Positions 1 to 9,592 of a DNA stretch of 64,000 bases are shown in pieces. Source of the DNA: an uncultured Microbacterium sp. (lineage in GTDB: Bacteria; Actinomycetota; Actinomycetes; Actinomycetales; Microbacteriaceae); the NCBI GenBank assembly GCA_937988695.1, contig CALKHM010000104.1, positions 35,131-99,130 of the forward strand. Reading direction: 5' to 3'. Each line of letters starts with the position of its first letter. The stretch's first letter is position 1. The notes under the pieces were generated by a model. That model saw only the letters and a program-made list of their open reading frames with translations. It was not told the origin of the DNA and searched no databases. A program made the position numbers and the translations under genes.

Positions 1-234
1 CACGTCTTTGGGCTGCTGCCATTCCTGCTGATCCTCGCCTGCCCCCTCCTGCACGTCTTTCTACACCGCGGCCACGGGAGCGGTCACAGCCCTGACGGCG
101 GGCACCCTGACGGTGGACGCCCTGACGGCAGGAACAGCGATCGTGTCGCGGTCGCTCCTGCCGATCAATCGGTCGTCGACGCGCGCCGTAGCAATAGCCC
201 GCCTCACCACTCCTCACCGTCTGAGGCCTCATGA
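1..234 (+). CDS. DUF2933-like small membrane protein, 5' partial
   Basis: Frame 1 reads HVFGLLPFLLILACPLLHVFLHRGHG...; LACPLxH plus His-rich tail; stop overlaps the next ATG (ATGA). Confidence 0.8.
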   Translation, partial: HVFGLLPFLLILACPLLHVFLHRGHGSGHSPDGGHPDGGRPDGRNSDRVAVAPADQSVVDARRSNSPPHHSSPSEAS

Positions 235-911
235 CCACCGACCCCGCCCCCGCCTACGGCCTCTGGTCGCTGGTCGTTCTCAATTCGGCGATTTTCATCT
301 TCTTCGCGTTCAGCTTCTTCAAGCCGCGCACTGGCCGCGACTGGCGCTCGCTCGGCGCCTTCTCCGCCTTCGTCGTGGCGCTGTTCACGGAGATGTACGG
401 CATTCCCCTCACCGTCTACCTGCTTTCGGGCTGGCTGGGCCAGCGCTATCCCGGCCTCGACCTGCTCTCGCACGACGCCGGGCACCTCTGGGACACGCTG
501 CTCGGCTGGCAGGGCGACCCGCACCTGAGCCCGTTCCACATCCTGAGCAGCGTGTTCATCGGCGGCGGCTTCATCCTGCTCTCGGCGGCGTGGCACCATC
601 TCCACGCAGCCCAGCGTGAGCACCGCCTGGCGATGAGCGGGCCCTACGCCCGCATCCGCCATCCGCAGTACGTCGCCTTCATCGCCATCCTGCTCGGCTT
701 CCTGCTCCAGTGGCCGACGCTGCTCACGCTCGTGATGTTCCCGATCCTCGTCGTCACGTACGTGCGGCTCGCCCGGCGCGAGGAGCGGGAGGTGCGAGCA
801 GAGTTCGGCGCGGCGTACGACCGCTACGCGGGCGAGACGCCGGCGTTTCTCCCACGGCCTGGCCGGAGCGCGCGCGCGGCGTCCGCGGCCTCACGTGGCA
901 CCATGCCTTGA
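231..911 (+). CDS. Isoprenylcysteine carboxyl methyltransferase (PEMT/ICMT) family membrane protein
   Basis: GPYARIRHPQY and EE motifs; usual partner of DUF2933 in copper clusters. Confidence 0.85.
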   Translation: MTTDPAPAYGLWSLVVLNSAIFIFFAFSFFKPRTGRDWRSLGAFSAFVVALFTEMYGIPLTVYLLSGWLGQRYPGLDLLSHDAGHLWDTLLGWQGDPHLSPFHILSSVFIGGGFILLSAAWHHLHAAQREHRLAMSGPYARIRHPQYVAFIAILLGFLLQWPTLLTLVMFPILVVTYVRLARREEREVRAEFGAAYDRYAGETPAFLPRPGRSARAASAASRGTMP

Positions 912-960
912 GTGTCCCCGTGGCCCCCTTCCTGACCACCTCATTCCTGAGGACCCGACC

Positions 961-1266
961 ATGCGACTAGATACTTCAGCGCTCGCGCTCGCCGCGGCCT
1001 TCACCACCGCCAGCGTCTACGCGGTCTGCTCGCTCCTCGTCGCCGTCGCACCGGGCAGCACGACGGCCGCCATCGGCTACGTGTTCCACCTGGACCTCAC
1101 CGGCGTGGCACGGTCACTCACGTGGGGCAGCTTCGCTACGGGCATCGTCGGCGTGAGCCTGGCCGTGGCACTCGTCGTCGCGCTGCTGGGGGCGCTGTAC
1201 AACAGGTTCGCGGCCGGCACGCTCGGCACGCCGGGTCCGTCGCGGGTGGGCGCGCAGCATGGATAA
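961..1266 (+). CDS. DUF5676-like small membrane protein
   Basis: Two hydrophobic helices, YxVC and FH motifs, C-terminal LYNRF; GAGGA upstream of ATG 961. Confidence 0.7.
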   Translation: MRLDTSALALAAAFTTASVYAVCSLLVAVAPGSTTAAIGYVFHLDLTGVARSLTWGSFATGIVGVSLAVALVVALLGALYNRFAAGTLGTPGPSRVGAQHG

Positions 1267-1876
1267 CGCCGTCGCGCTAGTGCAAGCGTACCTGCGCGTG
1301 AACGGGTACTTCACGGTCAGCGAGTTCCCGGTGATCGAGGCGCTGCGCGGTGGCGCATACCGCACCGCCACGGACCTCGACGTCCTCGCCGTCCGCTTCC
1401 CCGGCGCCGGCCAGCTCGTGCCAGGATCGCGACGGCGCACAGGCGCGGACCAGGAACATACCGTCACCGATCCCGCGCTCGGTATTCCGACCGACCACGG
1501 CGACATGCTCGTGGGCGAGGTCAAGGAGGGCCGTGCGGTGCTCAACGCCGCCACCACCGACCCTGCCGTCCTCCGCACGGTACTCGTGCGCTTCGGCTGC
1601 TGCTCCCGTGAGGAGGCGCCGACGGCCGTCGAGGCCCTCCTGCGCGACGGGTCCGCGCTTCTCCCGACCGGACATCGGGTCCGCCTCGTCGCCTTCGGAT
1701 CGGTCACGGCGGGCTCGGCGGGGCAGAAGTACCTCACCGTTTCCCTCGGCCAGATCGTGACGTTCCTCCGGCAGTACCTGCGCGACCACTGGGATATGCT
1801 GCGGCACGCCGAGTACAAGGACCCGGCGCTCGGCTTCCTCGTGATGCTCGAGAAGGCGCTGGGGACGGCCGGATGA
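1259..1876 (+). CDS. Conserved hypothetical protein with PD-(D/E)xK-like motif
   Basis: TDLDVLAVR...VGEVKEG; overlaps upstream gene; coding-like codon usage. Confidence 0.65.
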   Translation: MDNAVALVQAYLRVNGYFTVSEFPVIEALRGGAYRTATDLDVLAVRFPGAGQLVPGSRRRTGADQEHTVTDPALGIPTDHGDMLVGEVKEGRAVLNAATTDPAVLRTVLVRFGCCSREEAPTAVEALLRDGSALLPTGHRVRLVAFGSVTAGSAGQKYLTVSLGQIVTFLRQYLRDHWDMLRHAEYKDPALGFLVMLEKALGTAG

Positions 1877-1928
1877 CGCACACACCGAAGCCATACGCCG
1901 AAACTACACCCCAAGCCACGCACCGAAC

Positions 1929-1982
1929 CACACCCCGCAGCACACCCCGCAGCACACCCCGCAGCACACCCCGCAGCACACC
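1929..1982. repeat. 12-bp tandem repeat (CACACCCCGCAG) x4.5
   Basis: Read directly; ends immediately before ATG 1983. Confidence 0.95.
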
Positions 1983-3557
1983 ATGGCACCGACGCTGAAT
2001 CCATCCGCAATGGCCACCGGCCTGTCCGGCCACTCCGACCACCCCGAGACGAACGTCCTCCGGCTCCGCCCACTCGGGATCGACACATATCAGGAGCCGG
2101 TCATCTACATGTCAGCCGACTGCCCCATCTGCCGGTCGGAAGGCTGGGAGGCACTAACGCGGCTGCAGGTCGCCCTCGGTGATCGGGTGATCGTCGCCAC
2201 GCTCAACGTGGTGACTGGCGACCTTCTCGCGCCCGACGAGGCGAGTCTATCGGACGCGGCCTGGCGCCTCCTCGGGGCCGCGCCCGGCGATGACGTCGTC
2301 GTCTCGTCCATGCCGCCGCTGGAGTCGTTGAGCGCCGTTCGCGCCAAGGTCTACGGACACGCGCTGTCCGCCCCGGCGCTCACGGCCATCGTGCGCGACG
2401 TGGCCGCTGGCCGTTACGCCGCGATCGAGCTCGCCGCCTTCGTCACCGCGTGCGCCGGCGATCGGCTGGACGAGGCGGAGACGATCGCGCTCACGCGCGC
2501 GATGATCGACGTCGGCGACCGGCTGGACTGGCCACGAGCACCCGTCGTCGACAAGCACAGCGTCGGTGGTCTGCCGGGCAACCGTACCACGATGCTCGTC
2601 GTCCCGATCGTGGCGAGCTGCGGCCTCCTCATGCCGAAGACCTCCTCGCGGGCCATCACCTCCCCAGCCGGCACCGCCGACGCCATGGAGACTGTGGCCC
2701 CCGTGGACCTCTCGCTCGACGCCATGCGGCGGGTGGTCGAGCAGGAGGGGGGCTGCATCGTCTGGGGCGGCGCGGTGCGCCTGAGCCCCGCCGACGACGC
2801 GATCATCCGCGTCGAACGGCCGCTCGATCTCGACAGCGAGGGGCAGCTCGTGGCCTCGGTGCTCTCGAAGAAGGCGGCAGCTGGCTCGACGCACGTCGTG
2901 ATCGACATCCCGGTCGGTCCCACGGCCAAGGTCCGCTCGGCGGAGACTGCGCGGCGCCTCGGCGACCGGCTCGTCCGCGTCGGCGCCGCCGTCGGGCTCG
3001 TGGTCGACATCATGCCCGGCGACGGCACCCAGCCGATCGGCCGCGGCATCGGGCCGGCACTGGAGGCGCGCGACGTGCTCGCGGTCCTGCGGAACGACGC
3101 CGAAGCCCCGGCCGACCTCCGGGCGCGCGCCCTGGTGCTGGCGGGGCGCGTGCTCGAGCTGGGCGGCCGCGTGCCCGAGGGTGAGGGCCTCGCGCTGGCC
3201 CGGCGCCATCTCGAGCGCGGGGGTGCCTGGCGGAAGTTCGTGGCCATCTGTGAGGCACAGGGTGGTCTGCGCGAGCCGCCACGGGCCGCCTACACCCGTG
3301 AGATCGTCGCCACCCGCAGCGGTCGCGTCGATGCGATCGACAACCGGCGGCTCGCCCGGGCCGCCAAGCTTGCCGGCGCCCCGCGGTCACCGGCGGCAGG
3401 CCTGGTCCTGCATGCCCCGACCGGCCGACACGTGAGCATCGGCCAACCGGTCTTCACGCTGCACGCCGAGTCGCCGGGCGAGCTCGCGTACGCGGCGCTC
3501 TACGTCGAAGCCAACCCGGACATCGTCGCCATCGGCGCGGACGAGGCACAGCCATGA
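1983..3557 (+). CDS. Thymidine phosphorylase family protein (AMP-phosphorylase-like, with N-terminal extension)
   Basis: DKHSVGGLPGNRTT, KTSSRAITSPAGTAD and SKK motifs. Confidence 0.92.
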   Translation: MAPTLNPSAMATGLSGHSDHPETNVLRLRPLGIDTYQEPVIYMSADCPICRSEGWEALTRLQVALGDRVIVATLNVVTGDLLAPDEASLSDAAWRLLGAAPGDDVVVSSMPPLESLSAVRAKVYGHALSAPALTAIVRDVAAGRYAAIELAAFVTACAGDRLDEAETIALTRAMIDVGDRLDWPRAPVVDKHSVGGLPGNRTTMLVVPIVASCGLLMPKTSSRAITSPAGTADAMETVAPVDLSLDAMRRVVEQEGGCIVWGGAVRLSPADDAIIRVERPLDLDSEGQLVASVLSKKAAAGSTHVVIDIPVGPTAKVRSAETARRLGDRLVRVGAAVGLVVDIMPGDGTQPIGRGIGPALEARDVLAVLRNDAEAPADLRARALVLAGRVLELGGRVPEGEGLALARRHLERGGAWRKFVAICEAQGGLREPPRAAYTREIVATRSGRVDAIDNRRLARAAKLAGAPRSPAAGLVLHAPTGRHVSIGQPVFTLHAESPGELAYAALYVEANPDIVAIGADEAQP

Positions 3558-4564
3558 CCAAAGCACTCGCTGCAGCCCAGCCCGTCGCGCCGCCCCTGCT
3601 CCTGGCCCTGCCGGGCAACGAGGGACTCGCCGAGGCACTCGCCAGGGAGCTGGGCGGTGAGCTCGGCACTGTGGACGTACACCGGTTCCCCGATGGCGAG
3701 ACGCTCGTGCGCATCGGCACGCCGGTCACCGGGCGGTCCGTGCTGCTCGCCGCGACCCTCCACCGACCGGACGACAAGCTCCTGCCGCTCCTCTTCCTGG
3801 CCGCGACGGCGCGCGATCTCGGCGCGGCGCGGGTCGGGCTCGTCGCGCCCTACCTCGCATACATGCGTCAGGACCGGCGATTCCGCGAGGGGGAGGGAGT
3901 CACCTCCCGATACTTCGCGCACGTCGTGTCGGAGGCCGTCGACTGGCTCGTCACGGTGGACCCTCACCTCCACCGTCACGAGAGCCTGACGGACATCTAC
4001 ACCGTCCCGGGCGTCGTCGTGCGTGCGGCGCCCGCGATCTCGGCATGGATCGGTGCAGAGATCCCCCGGCCGCTCCTCGTCGGCCCGGACAGCGAGAGTG
4101 CGCAGTGGGTACTCGCCGTCGCCGAGGGGGCCGGGGCGCCCGCCCTCGTGCTGGAGAAGGTGCGGCGCGGGGACCGGGTGGTCGAGATCTCCGTGCCGGA
4201 CGTCGAACGATGGCGCGATCACACGCCGGTGCTCGTGGACGACATCATCTCCACGGCACGGACGATGATCGAGACCGTCGCGCACCTGCGGCGCGCCGGA
4301 CTCGCGCCGCCGGTATGCGTCGGCGTGCACGCGGTCTTCGCCGGCCGCGCGTACGAGGACCTCATGGCGGCCGGTGCGGGCCGCGTCGTCACCTGCAACA
4401 CGATCCCCCACCCGTCGAACGCCATCGACCTCACGGAGCGGCTCGCGCATGGTGTACGCTCGGCGCTGGCCGCGAATGGTGTACGCCTGGCGCTGGTGTC
4501 GCGGGGCGCGCAGCGCGGCGAGGCGCACCAGAGCGCACCGCGGCAGGCCATGAGACGCCCCTAA
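3554..4564 (+). CDS. prs: Ribose-phosphate pyrophosphokinase
   Basis: RFPDGE, PYLAYMRQDRRF and VDDIISTART motifs. Confidence 0.93.
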   Translation: MTKALAAAQPVAPPLLLALPGNEGLAEALARELGGELGTVDVHRFPDGETLVRIGTPVTGRSVLLAATLHRPDDKLLPLLFLAATARDLGAARVGLVAPYLAYMRQDRRFREGEGVTSRYFAHVVSEAVDWLVTVDPHLHRHESLTDIYTVPGVVVRAAPAISAWIGAEIPRPLLVGPDSESAQWVLAVAEGAGAPALVLEKVRRGDRVVEISVPDVERWRDHTPVLVDDIISTARTMIETVAHLRRAGLAPPVCVGVHAVFAGRAYEDLMAAGAGRVVTCNTIPHPSNAIDLTERLAHGVRSALAANGVRLALVSRGAQRGEAHQSAPRQAMRRP

Positions 4565-4567
4565 GGC

Positions 4568-4613
4568 CCGTAGGGCGCCTGCCAGGCGGACGTATCTGGC
4601 AGGCGCCCTACGG
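4568..4613 (+). terminator. Perfect 18-bp stem hairpin after prs (no U-tract)
   Basis: CCGTAGGGCGCCTGCCAG, 10-nt loop, CTGGCAGGCGCCCTACGG. Confidence 0.65.
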
Positions 4614-4768
4614 TGGCGAACACTCGGCACAGAGCTTGTCGGCACACAGCTTGCCCGCGAGCCTGCCCACGCACTCAACCGCGAACGGGCCACCCCACGC
4701 GGGCCAGTCGCCTCATGAGGTGGCTGCAGCACGGGGTTGATGCACCACAAGGAGCTGACCGAGCACTG

Positions 4769-5196
4769 ATGAGCGTATCGACATCATGCCGCCGTCTCAC
4801 GATCGTGCTCCTCGTCGGCGCCGCTGCCTGTGGCGACGGAGAACGCGATCGCACTCCGGCCCCCTGACTCCTCCGACACGGCAGCGGCTCCCGAGCGCCT
4901 CGGCACCAGCTCCGTCTTTACTGCCGACGAGGAGAGCAACTCCATCAGCCGTGTCGAGCTGCGATCGGGCCAGGTCACACAACTACCCCTGCCGATCGAG
5001 CTACACAACGTGCAGACCTCCCCCGGCGGATAGTGGTTCCGCGCCGTGGGACCGGTCGGCAGCGACGGGATCCTCGCCGGGCACGGCGCTGAAGGAGGGC
5101 GCCAGCGGGGAGAGATGACGGATGCCCCTGGCTGGCTCCTGATTCTGTCCACGGACTCGCTCGGCGGCCCACCGAGAATCGAGGTCGAGATCGGGC
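4769..5196 (+). pseudogene. YVTN/YncE-type beta-propeller lipoprotein remnant (frameshift, stop, truncated)
   Basis: Lipobox-like GAAAC, then in another frame VFTADEESNSISRVEL...HNVQTSPGG*W...EVEIG; ends at the inverted repeat. Confidence 0.6.
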
Positions 5197-5364
5197 TGCT
5201 GGCGTGAAGACGTTTCGGGACGCTTAATCGCGAAGTTTCGGGACAGCAGCCATCCAGGCTTGATCCGCGCTCCCGACGCCGCTCGCCACCCGGTCGTCCG
5301 CCCAGGCGCCGCACACGTAGCGCGTCGCCTTCCTCCTCAGCGCCGCTCCGCCGGCACCGCCCTG

Positions 5365-5844
5365 TCAGCTCGCGACGACACGCCAGCCGCCCTGCGGAGG
5401 CACGGTCGCGCACACCGGGCCGCCGTCCCGGGTGACGCCTGGCACCGTCGCCTGGAGCACCCCGCCCTGCTGCGCGGTGGCGTCCTCGACCTGCGCCCAC
5501 GTGATCCCGCCGAGGGGCACCTTGGCTCGGCGGAACATCGCGCGCCTGCCGCTGGGGTCGTTCGGGCGCACCGCGCTCCAGCTCACGTAGAGGAAGCGTC
5601 CGGCGGGCGGGCCGAAGGCGAACGGCCCGAGGAACACCGGCGCACCGGTCGCGGCCTCCCGCTGTACGCGCAGCTCGCACGTGTAGCGCGGCAGCCCGTC
5701 GGGACCGAACTCGCCCGGAAGCACGTCGTCCTTCCGCTGGAGGCCGCCCTCGATCTCCGAGTAGCCGGCGCAAGCACGAGGCGGCGCGTCGGCGAGGCGG
5801 ACGCGTCGGCGGACGGGCCGCTCGGGGTTCGGTGCCGGCGCCAT
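5365..5844 (-). CDS. DUF5990 family protein
   Basis: GPFAFGPPAGRFLYVSW and MFRRAKVPL motifs; start uncertain (5844 or 5883). Confidence 0.7.
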   Translation of the reverse strand: MAPAPNPERPVRRRVRLADAPPRACAGYSEIEGGLQRKDDVLPGEFGPDGLPRYTCELRVQREAATGAPVFLGPFAFGPPAGRFLYVSWSAVRPNDPSGRRAMFRRAKVPLGGITWAQVEDATAQQGGVLQATVPGVTRDGGPVCATVPPQGGWRVVAS

Positions 5845-5860
5845 CAGGTTCACCGCTCGG

Positions 5861-6229
5861 TCACGGGTCGCGCGGGCTGTCACCTGGCAACATCACGCCG
5901 AGCCCGCCGGTGAGAAAGAGTGCCACGAGCACCGGCCCCTGCGGCTCGCGCCAGTGGGTGAGCGCGCTGAAGGCCATGGCCAGCGCGAGGCCGGCGACGT
6001 TCGCCCCAGCCGCCGCCCAACGCACTCCGGCAGATGCCAACGGCGGTCGGGCGAGCAGCGTGAACATTCCGATTAGCACGACGGCGAGGCCGCTGCCCGC
6101 GAACCAGAGTGCGTCGAGCGAAAGCGTGTCGTACTGAACGAGCGCGACACCGAGGTGCAGCACCCCGACGGTGACGGTCAGCCAGCCTGCGACGCCTAGT
6201 AGGCGCCTCGTCGCCACGCGCCCGGCCAC
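5861..6229 (-). CDS. Small membrane protein (about 4 TM)
   Basis: Hydrophobic ORF co-oriented within the mer operon. Confidence 0.6.
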   Translation of the reverse strand: MAGRVATRRLLGVAGWLTVTVGVLHLGVALVQYDTLSLDALWFAGSGLAVVLIGMFTLLARPPLASAGVRWAAAGANVAGLALAMAFSALTHWREPQGPVLVALFLTGGLGVMLPGDSPRDP

Positions 6230-6236
6230 GCGCCTT

Positions 6237-6698
6237 TCAGCGGGCCGGTGGCGCGACGACGGTGGCCGTGTAGCCGAGCGTCTTGACCGCGGCGATCATC
6301 TGCTCGACGGTCACCTTCGCCGGGTCGTAGGTCACGACCGCCGTCCCCTTCTCGTAGCTCACGTCCGCCTTGGCGACCCCCGGGAGGCGCGTGAGAACCT
6401 TGCGCGTTCCGATCTCGCACCCGCCGCACGTCATGCCCTGCACGGCGAACGTCACCGTCCGGCGCGCGGACGCCGGTTGCGTCACCGCCGGTCGCGTCAC
6501 CGCCCGTGCGGCCGCGTCCACCGGCACTTGGGTATCGGCCAGCGGTCGTACCGGTGGGCGTTGTACGGGCGCGGCGTCGGCGACCGAGACGAGGCCACCA
6601 GAGGTGCCGACGGACCGTGCCGCCGGCACGCAGAGATCGCAGAGGGAGAGGCCGCCGACGACGGCGACGAGACCGAAGGTGACGAGGGGCTGGATCAT
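6237..6698 (-). CDS. merP: MerP-like exported HMA protein
   Basis: N-terminal hydrophobic segment with CDLC; C-terminal HMA GMTCGGC; follows merT. Confidence 0.8.
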   Translation of the reverse strand: MIQPLVTFGLVAVVGGLSLCDLCVPAARSVGTSGGLVSVADAAPVQRPPVRPLADTQVPVDAAARAVTRPAVTQPASARRTVTFAVQGMTCGGCEIGTRKVLTRLPGVAKADVSYEKGTAVVTYDPAKVTVEQMIAAVKTLGYTATVVAPPAR

Positions 6699-6762
6699 TG
6701 GTGCACCCGCTGTAGAGGACGTGGGGGTCCGGTGATCAGATCGACGCCGCCGCTCGGCGACG

Positions 6763-7143
6763 TCAGACGAGGAGCACGGACCACTGGGGGAACGTCAGGA
6801 ACAGGAGCGCGACGACCGCTGCGATCCACAGCAGGACCTTGTCGCGCGTCCGGTTGCGGGGAACGGCGCACGTCCCGTGCTGCGTGCACGCGGCGCCCGT
6901 TGCGGCGTCCGCTTCCGCCGGCTTCCTCCCGTAGACGACGTAGAAGCCGACCGCGAGGAGGGCCAGGGTCAGAACAGTGAACAAGGGGCGGAGCGGCTCG
7001 AACGTGCTCGCCAGTCCCGCGCCGACGCCGAGTGTCACGAACAGGAGCGGCCCCACGCAGCAGAGCGAGGCGAGGAACGCGGCGCCGACGGCGCCCGCGG
7101 CCGCCGCGAGGCCGCGGCGCGCGCTCGGCAGGTCCGTCGTCAC
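6763..7143 (-). CDS. merT: Mercuric ion transporter MerT
   Basis: ASLCCVGPL in TM1 and cytoplasmic CTQHGTC; GTG overlaps merA stop (GTGA). Confidence 0.9.
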   Translation of the reverse strand: MTTDLPSARRGLAAAAGAVGAAFLASLCCVGPLLFVTLGVGAGLASTFEPLRPLFTVLTLALLAVGFYVVYGRKPAEADAATGAACTQHGTCAVPRNRTRDKVLLWIAAVVALLFLTFPQWSVLLV

Positions 7144-9032
7144 GCGCAGCAGCTCAGCTTCTGGACGCCCGCCGAGCCACCCTGCGCGACGAGCTTCAGG
7201 CTCTCCACCCACGTGAGGTACGGGTGAAGCGTGCCCGAAAGGTCCTTCGCGGTCAGCCCGAACCGGATCGCCAGCGTCGCCTCGCCCATGAACTCCCCGG
7301 CGTTCGGCGCCACCGCATGCACGCCGAGCACTCGGCCGGACCCCGACTCGGTGACGAGCTTTACGAGCCCACGCCGGTCGTAGCTCACGAGCGCGCGCGG
7401 GACGTCGGCCATGTCCAGCGCAGCGACGTCGACGTGGTACCCCGCTACCCGCGCGGCGGCCGCGGTCAGGCCCACCGAGGCCACCTGCGGCGCGGTGAAC
7501 GTCACGCTCGGCACCGCCGACAGGTCGAGCTCGCGCGGAGCGTCGCTTGCCGTCCCGGTCGCGTACAGCGCCTTGAGCGCGTTCTCCGTCGCCACGCGTC
7601 CGCCAGCGGCGGCTACGTACACGTAGCCCGGCCCGCCGGTCACGTCGCCGGCGGCGTAGACGTCCGGGTTCGTGGTCCGCATCGTGGCGTCCACCTGAAC
7701 ATAGCCGCTCGGCGAGAGCGCCACGCCGACGTCCTCGAGGCCGAGGTCCCGCGTGTTCGGCCGCCGACCTGTGGCGACGAGCACTCGCTCGGCGCGGAGC
7801 TGCCCCGCGAGGCTGCCCTGCCGCACATGAACGACTACCCCGCCTCCATCGCGCTCCGCGCGCACGACGGCGGTGCCGGTGTGGACCTCGATTCCCTCGG
7901 CCTCGAGCGCCTCTCGGAGCACCTCGGCGATCTCCGGGTCCTCGCCGCGGAGCAGATGCGCGCCGCGCTGGACGATGACGACCTTCACTCCAAAGCGCGC
8001 GAACGTCTGCCCGAGCTCCACGCCCACCGGCCCACCGCCGAGCACGATCATCGACTCCGGCAGCGTCTCGAGCGCCATCGCGCTCGTGCTGTCGAGCGCG
8101 TCGATGTCCTCCAGGCCAGGGATCGACGGTCGCGCCGGGGCGGTGCCCGTGGCGACGAGCACCTTGTGGGCGACATGCTCGTGGGCGGCCGTCCCGTCGC
8201 CGACGCGCACCCGCACTCCCGCCTCGGCACCCGCCAGAAGACGCACTCGGCCCTCCAAGCGTGCCACTTCTGGGTAGCTCGCGAGCACGTCGGCGTACTT
8301 GGCCTCGCGCAGCTCGCCCACGAGCGCGTCCTTCTGGCGCACGACCTCGCGCCAGTCGACCGCGGGCTCGCAGGGGGCCACACCCGGGAAACCGCGCCGC
8401 GCCGCGTGCACGTGCGCGGCGGCCTCGATCAGCGTCTTCGACGGGATGCAGCCGACGTTCACGCACGTGCCGCCGAGCGTGCCGCCCTCCGCGATGGCGA
8501 CCTTCGCGCCCATCCCGGCTGCCTGGATCGCGGCCGCGACGCCCGCGCCGCCGGTGCCGATGATGAGCACGTCGAAGTCAGCGCCGGGCGCCGTGCCGTC
8601 GCCGTCGGGCGCGCTGCCGGCCGGATGCACCGCCGCATGCACCGAGAGCCGGCGCGCCGGCGCCTCGCGCGCGAATGACGGCGTGTCCGAGCGCCCGGCG
8701 CCTGGTGCTGCGGGTGTCTTCACGGCCGCCATGGCGACCGATTCGGTGTCCGCCTCGGCCGGGGTGAGCGGCTTGGCGCGGTAGCCCGCTCGCTCGACCG
8801 CCGCGACGAGCGCGCCGGTGAGCGCCGGCGTCGGCGTCATGCCAGGCGCGAGCTCCACACGGCCGCGGCCCGCCCGGTAGTCGACGTGCGCCGCCTCGAC
8901 GCCCTCGACGCGCTCAAGCGCCGCCGTGACGTGCCGGGCGCAGTCGAGGCAGGTCATCCCGCCGATGGTCAAATTGAGGTGCATGCGCGAGTCGCCCGTG
9001 CGGTGGGAAGCGCGTTCCGGTTCCAGGTGCAT
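7140..9032 (-). CDS. merA: Mercuric reductase with N-terminal NmerA domain
   Basis: GMTCLDC HMA, GxGxxG, redox GGTCVNVGC and C-terminal KLSCCA. Confidence 0.96.
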   Translation of the reverse strand: MHLEPERASHRTGDSRMHLNLTIGGMTCLDCARHVTAALERVEGVEAAHVDYRAGRGRVELAPGMTPTPALTGALVAAVERAGYRAKPLTPAEADTESVAMAAVKTPAAPGAGRSDTPSFAREAPARRLSVHAAVHPAGSAPDGDGTAPGADFDVLIIGTGGAGVAAAIQAAGMGAKVAIAEGGTLGGTCVNVGCIPSKTLIEAAAHVHAARRGFPGVAPCEPAVDWREVVRQKDALVGELREAKYADVLASYPEVARLEGRVRLLAGAEAGVRVRVGDGTAAHEHVAHKVLVATGTAPARPSIPGLEDIDALDSTSAMALETLPESMIVLGGGPVGVELGQTFARFGVKVVIVQRGAHLLRGEDPEIAEVLREALEAEGIEVHTGTAVVRAERDGGGVVVHVRQGSLAGQLRAERVLVATGRRPNTRDLGLEDVGVALSPSGYVQVDATMRTTNPDVYAAGDVTGGPGYVYVAAAGGRVATENALKALYATGTASDAPRELDLSAVPSVTFTAPQVASVGLTAAAARVAGYHVDVAALDMADVPRALVSYDRRGLVKLVTESGSGRVLGVHAVAPNAGEFMGEATLAIRFGLTAKDLSGTLHPYLTWVESLKLVAQGGSAGVQKLSCCA

Positions 9033-9586
9033 CAGCGGACGACACCCCCCGACGCCCGCGGTGTCGGCGCCGCGTCGTTGGGGGCGTTCAGCGCGGCGAT
9101 GATCGGGCAGTCGAGTGGGTCGACCGCCGCGCCTACGTCCGCGCCGCAGGTCTGGTCACATTCGGCCACCAGCTCGGCCAACGACTCGCGGAGCGCGCCG
9201 AGCATCCGGAGCTTCTCGTCGATGTCGCGCAGCTTCGTCGCGGCCACCTCGCGCACCTCGAGCCCGGTGCTGCGGCGTCCCGGCGCGCCCCGCAGCCGGA
9301 GCAGTTCCTCGACCTCGGCGAGGCTGAAACCGAGCGCCTGCGCGTGCTTGATGAAACGCACCACGCCAACGGCCTCCGGCGGGTACTCGCGGTAGCCGCT
9401 GGCCCGGCGTCCGGTCGGCTGCAGGAGTCCGCGGCGCTCGTAGTAGCGGAGTGCGTCGGGGCTGACGCCCGCCGTGGCGGCCAGGTCGCCGATGCGGAGC
9501 ACCCCGGCCGCCGGGCGCGCGGGAACCGACGCGGGAAGTCCGGGGCTGAGGCGGCGGCGCGTGGCCATGGCGGGGGAGATAGACAT
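9032..9586 (-). CDS. merR: MerR-family metal-responsive regulator
   Basis: IGDLA...LRYYERRGLL...GYREY HTH, GFSLAE, C-terminal CDQTC...CPII. Confidence 0.88.
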   Translation of the reverse strand: MSISPAMATRRRLSPGLPASVPARPAAGVLRIGDLAATAGVSPDALRYYERRGLLQPTGRRASGYREYPPEAVGVVRFIKHAQALGFSLAEVEELLRLRGAPGRRSTGLEVREVAATKLRDIDEKLRMLGALRESLAELVAECDQTCGADVGAAVDPLDCPIIAALNAPNDAAPTPRASGGVVR

Positions 9587-9592
9587 GAACCA

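Noticed and set aside
6763-8466. 567-aa MerT fusion, and likewise the 469-aa ORF 10630-12039 and 266-aa ORF 61069-61869
   Set aside because: The N-terminal extensions overlap other genes in another frame or strand; better starts are 7143, 11247 and 61485.
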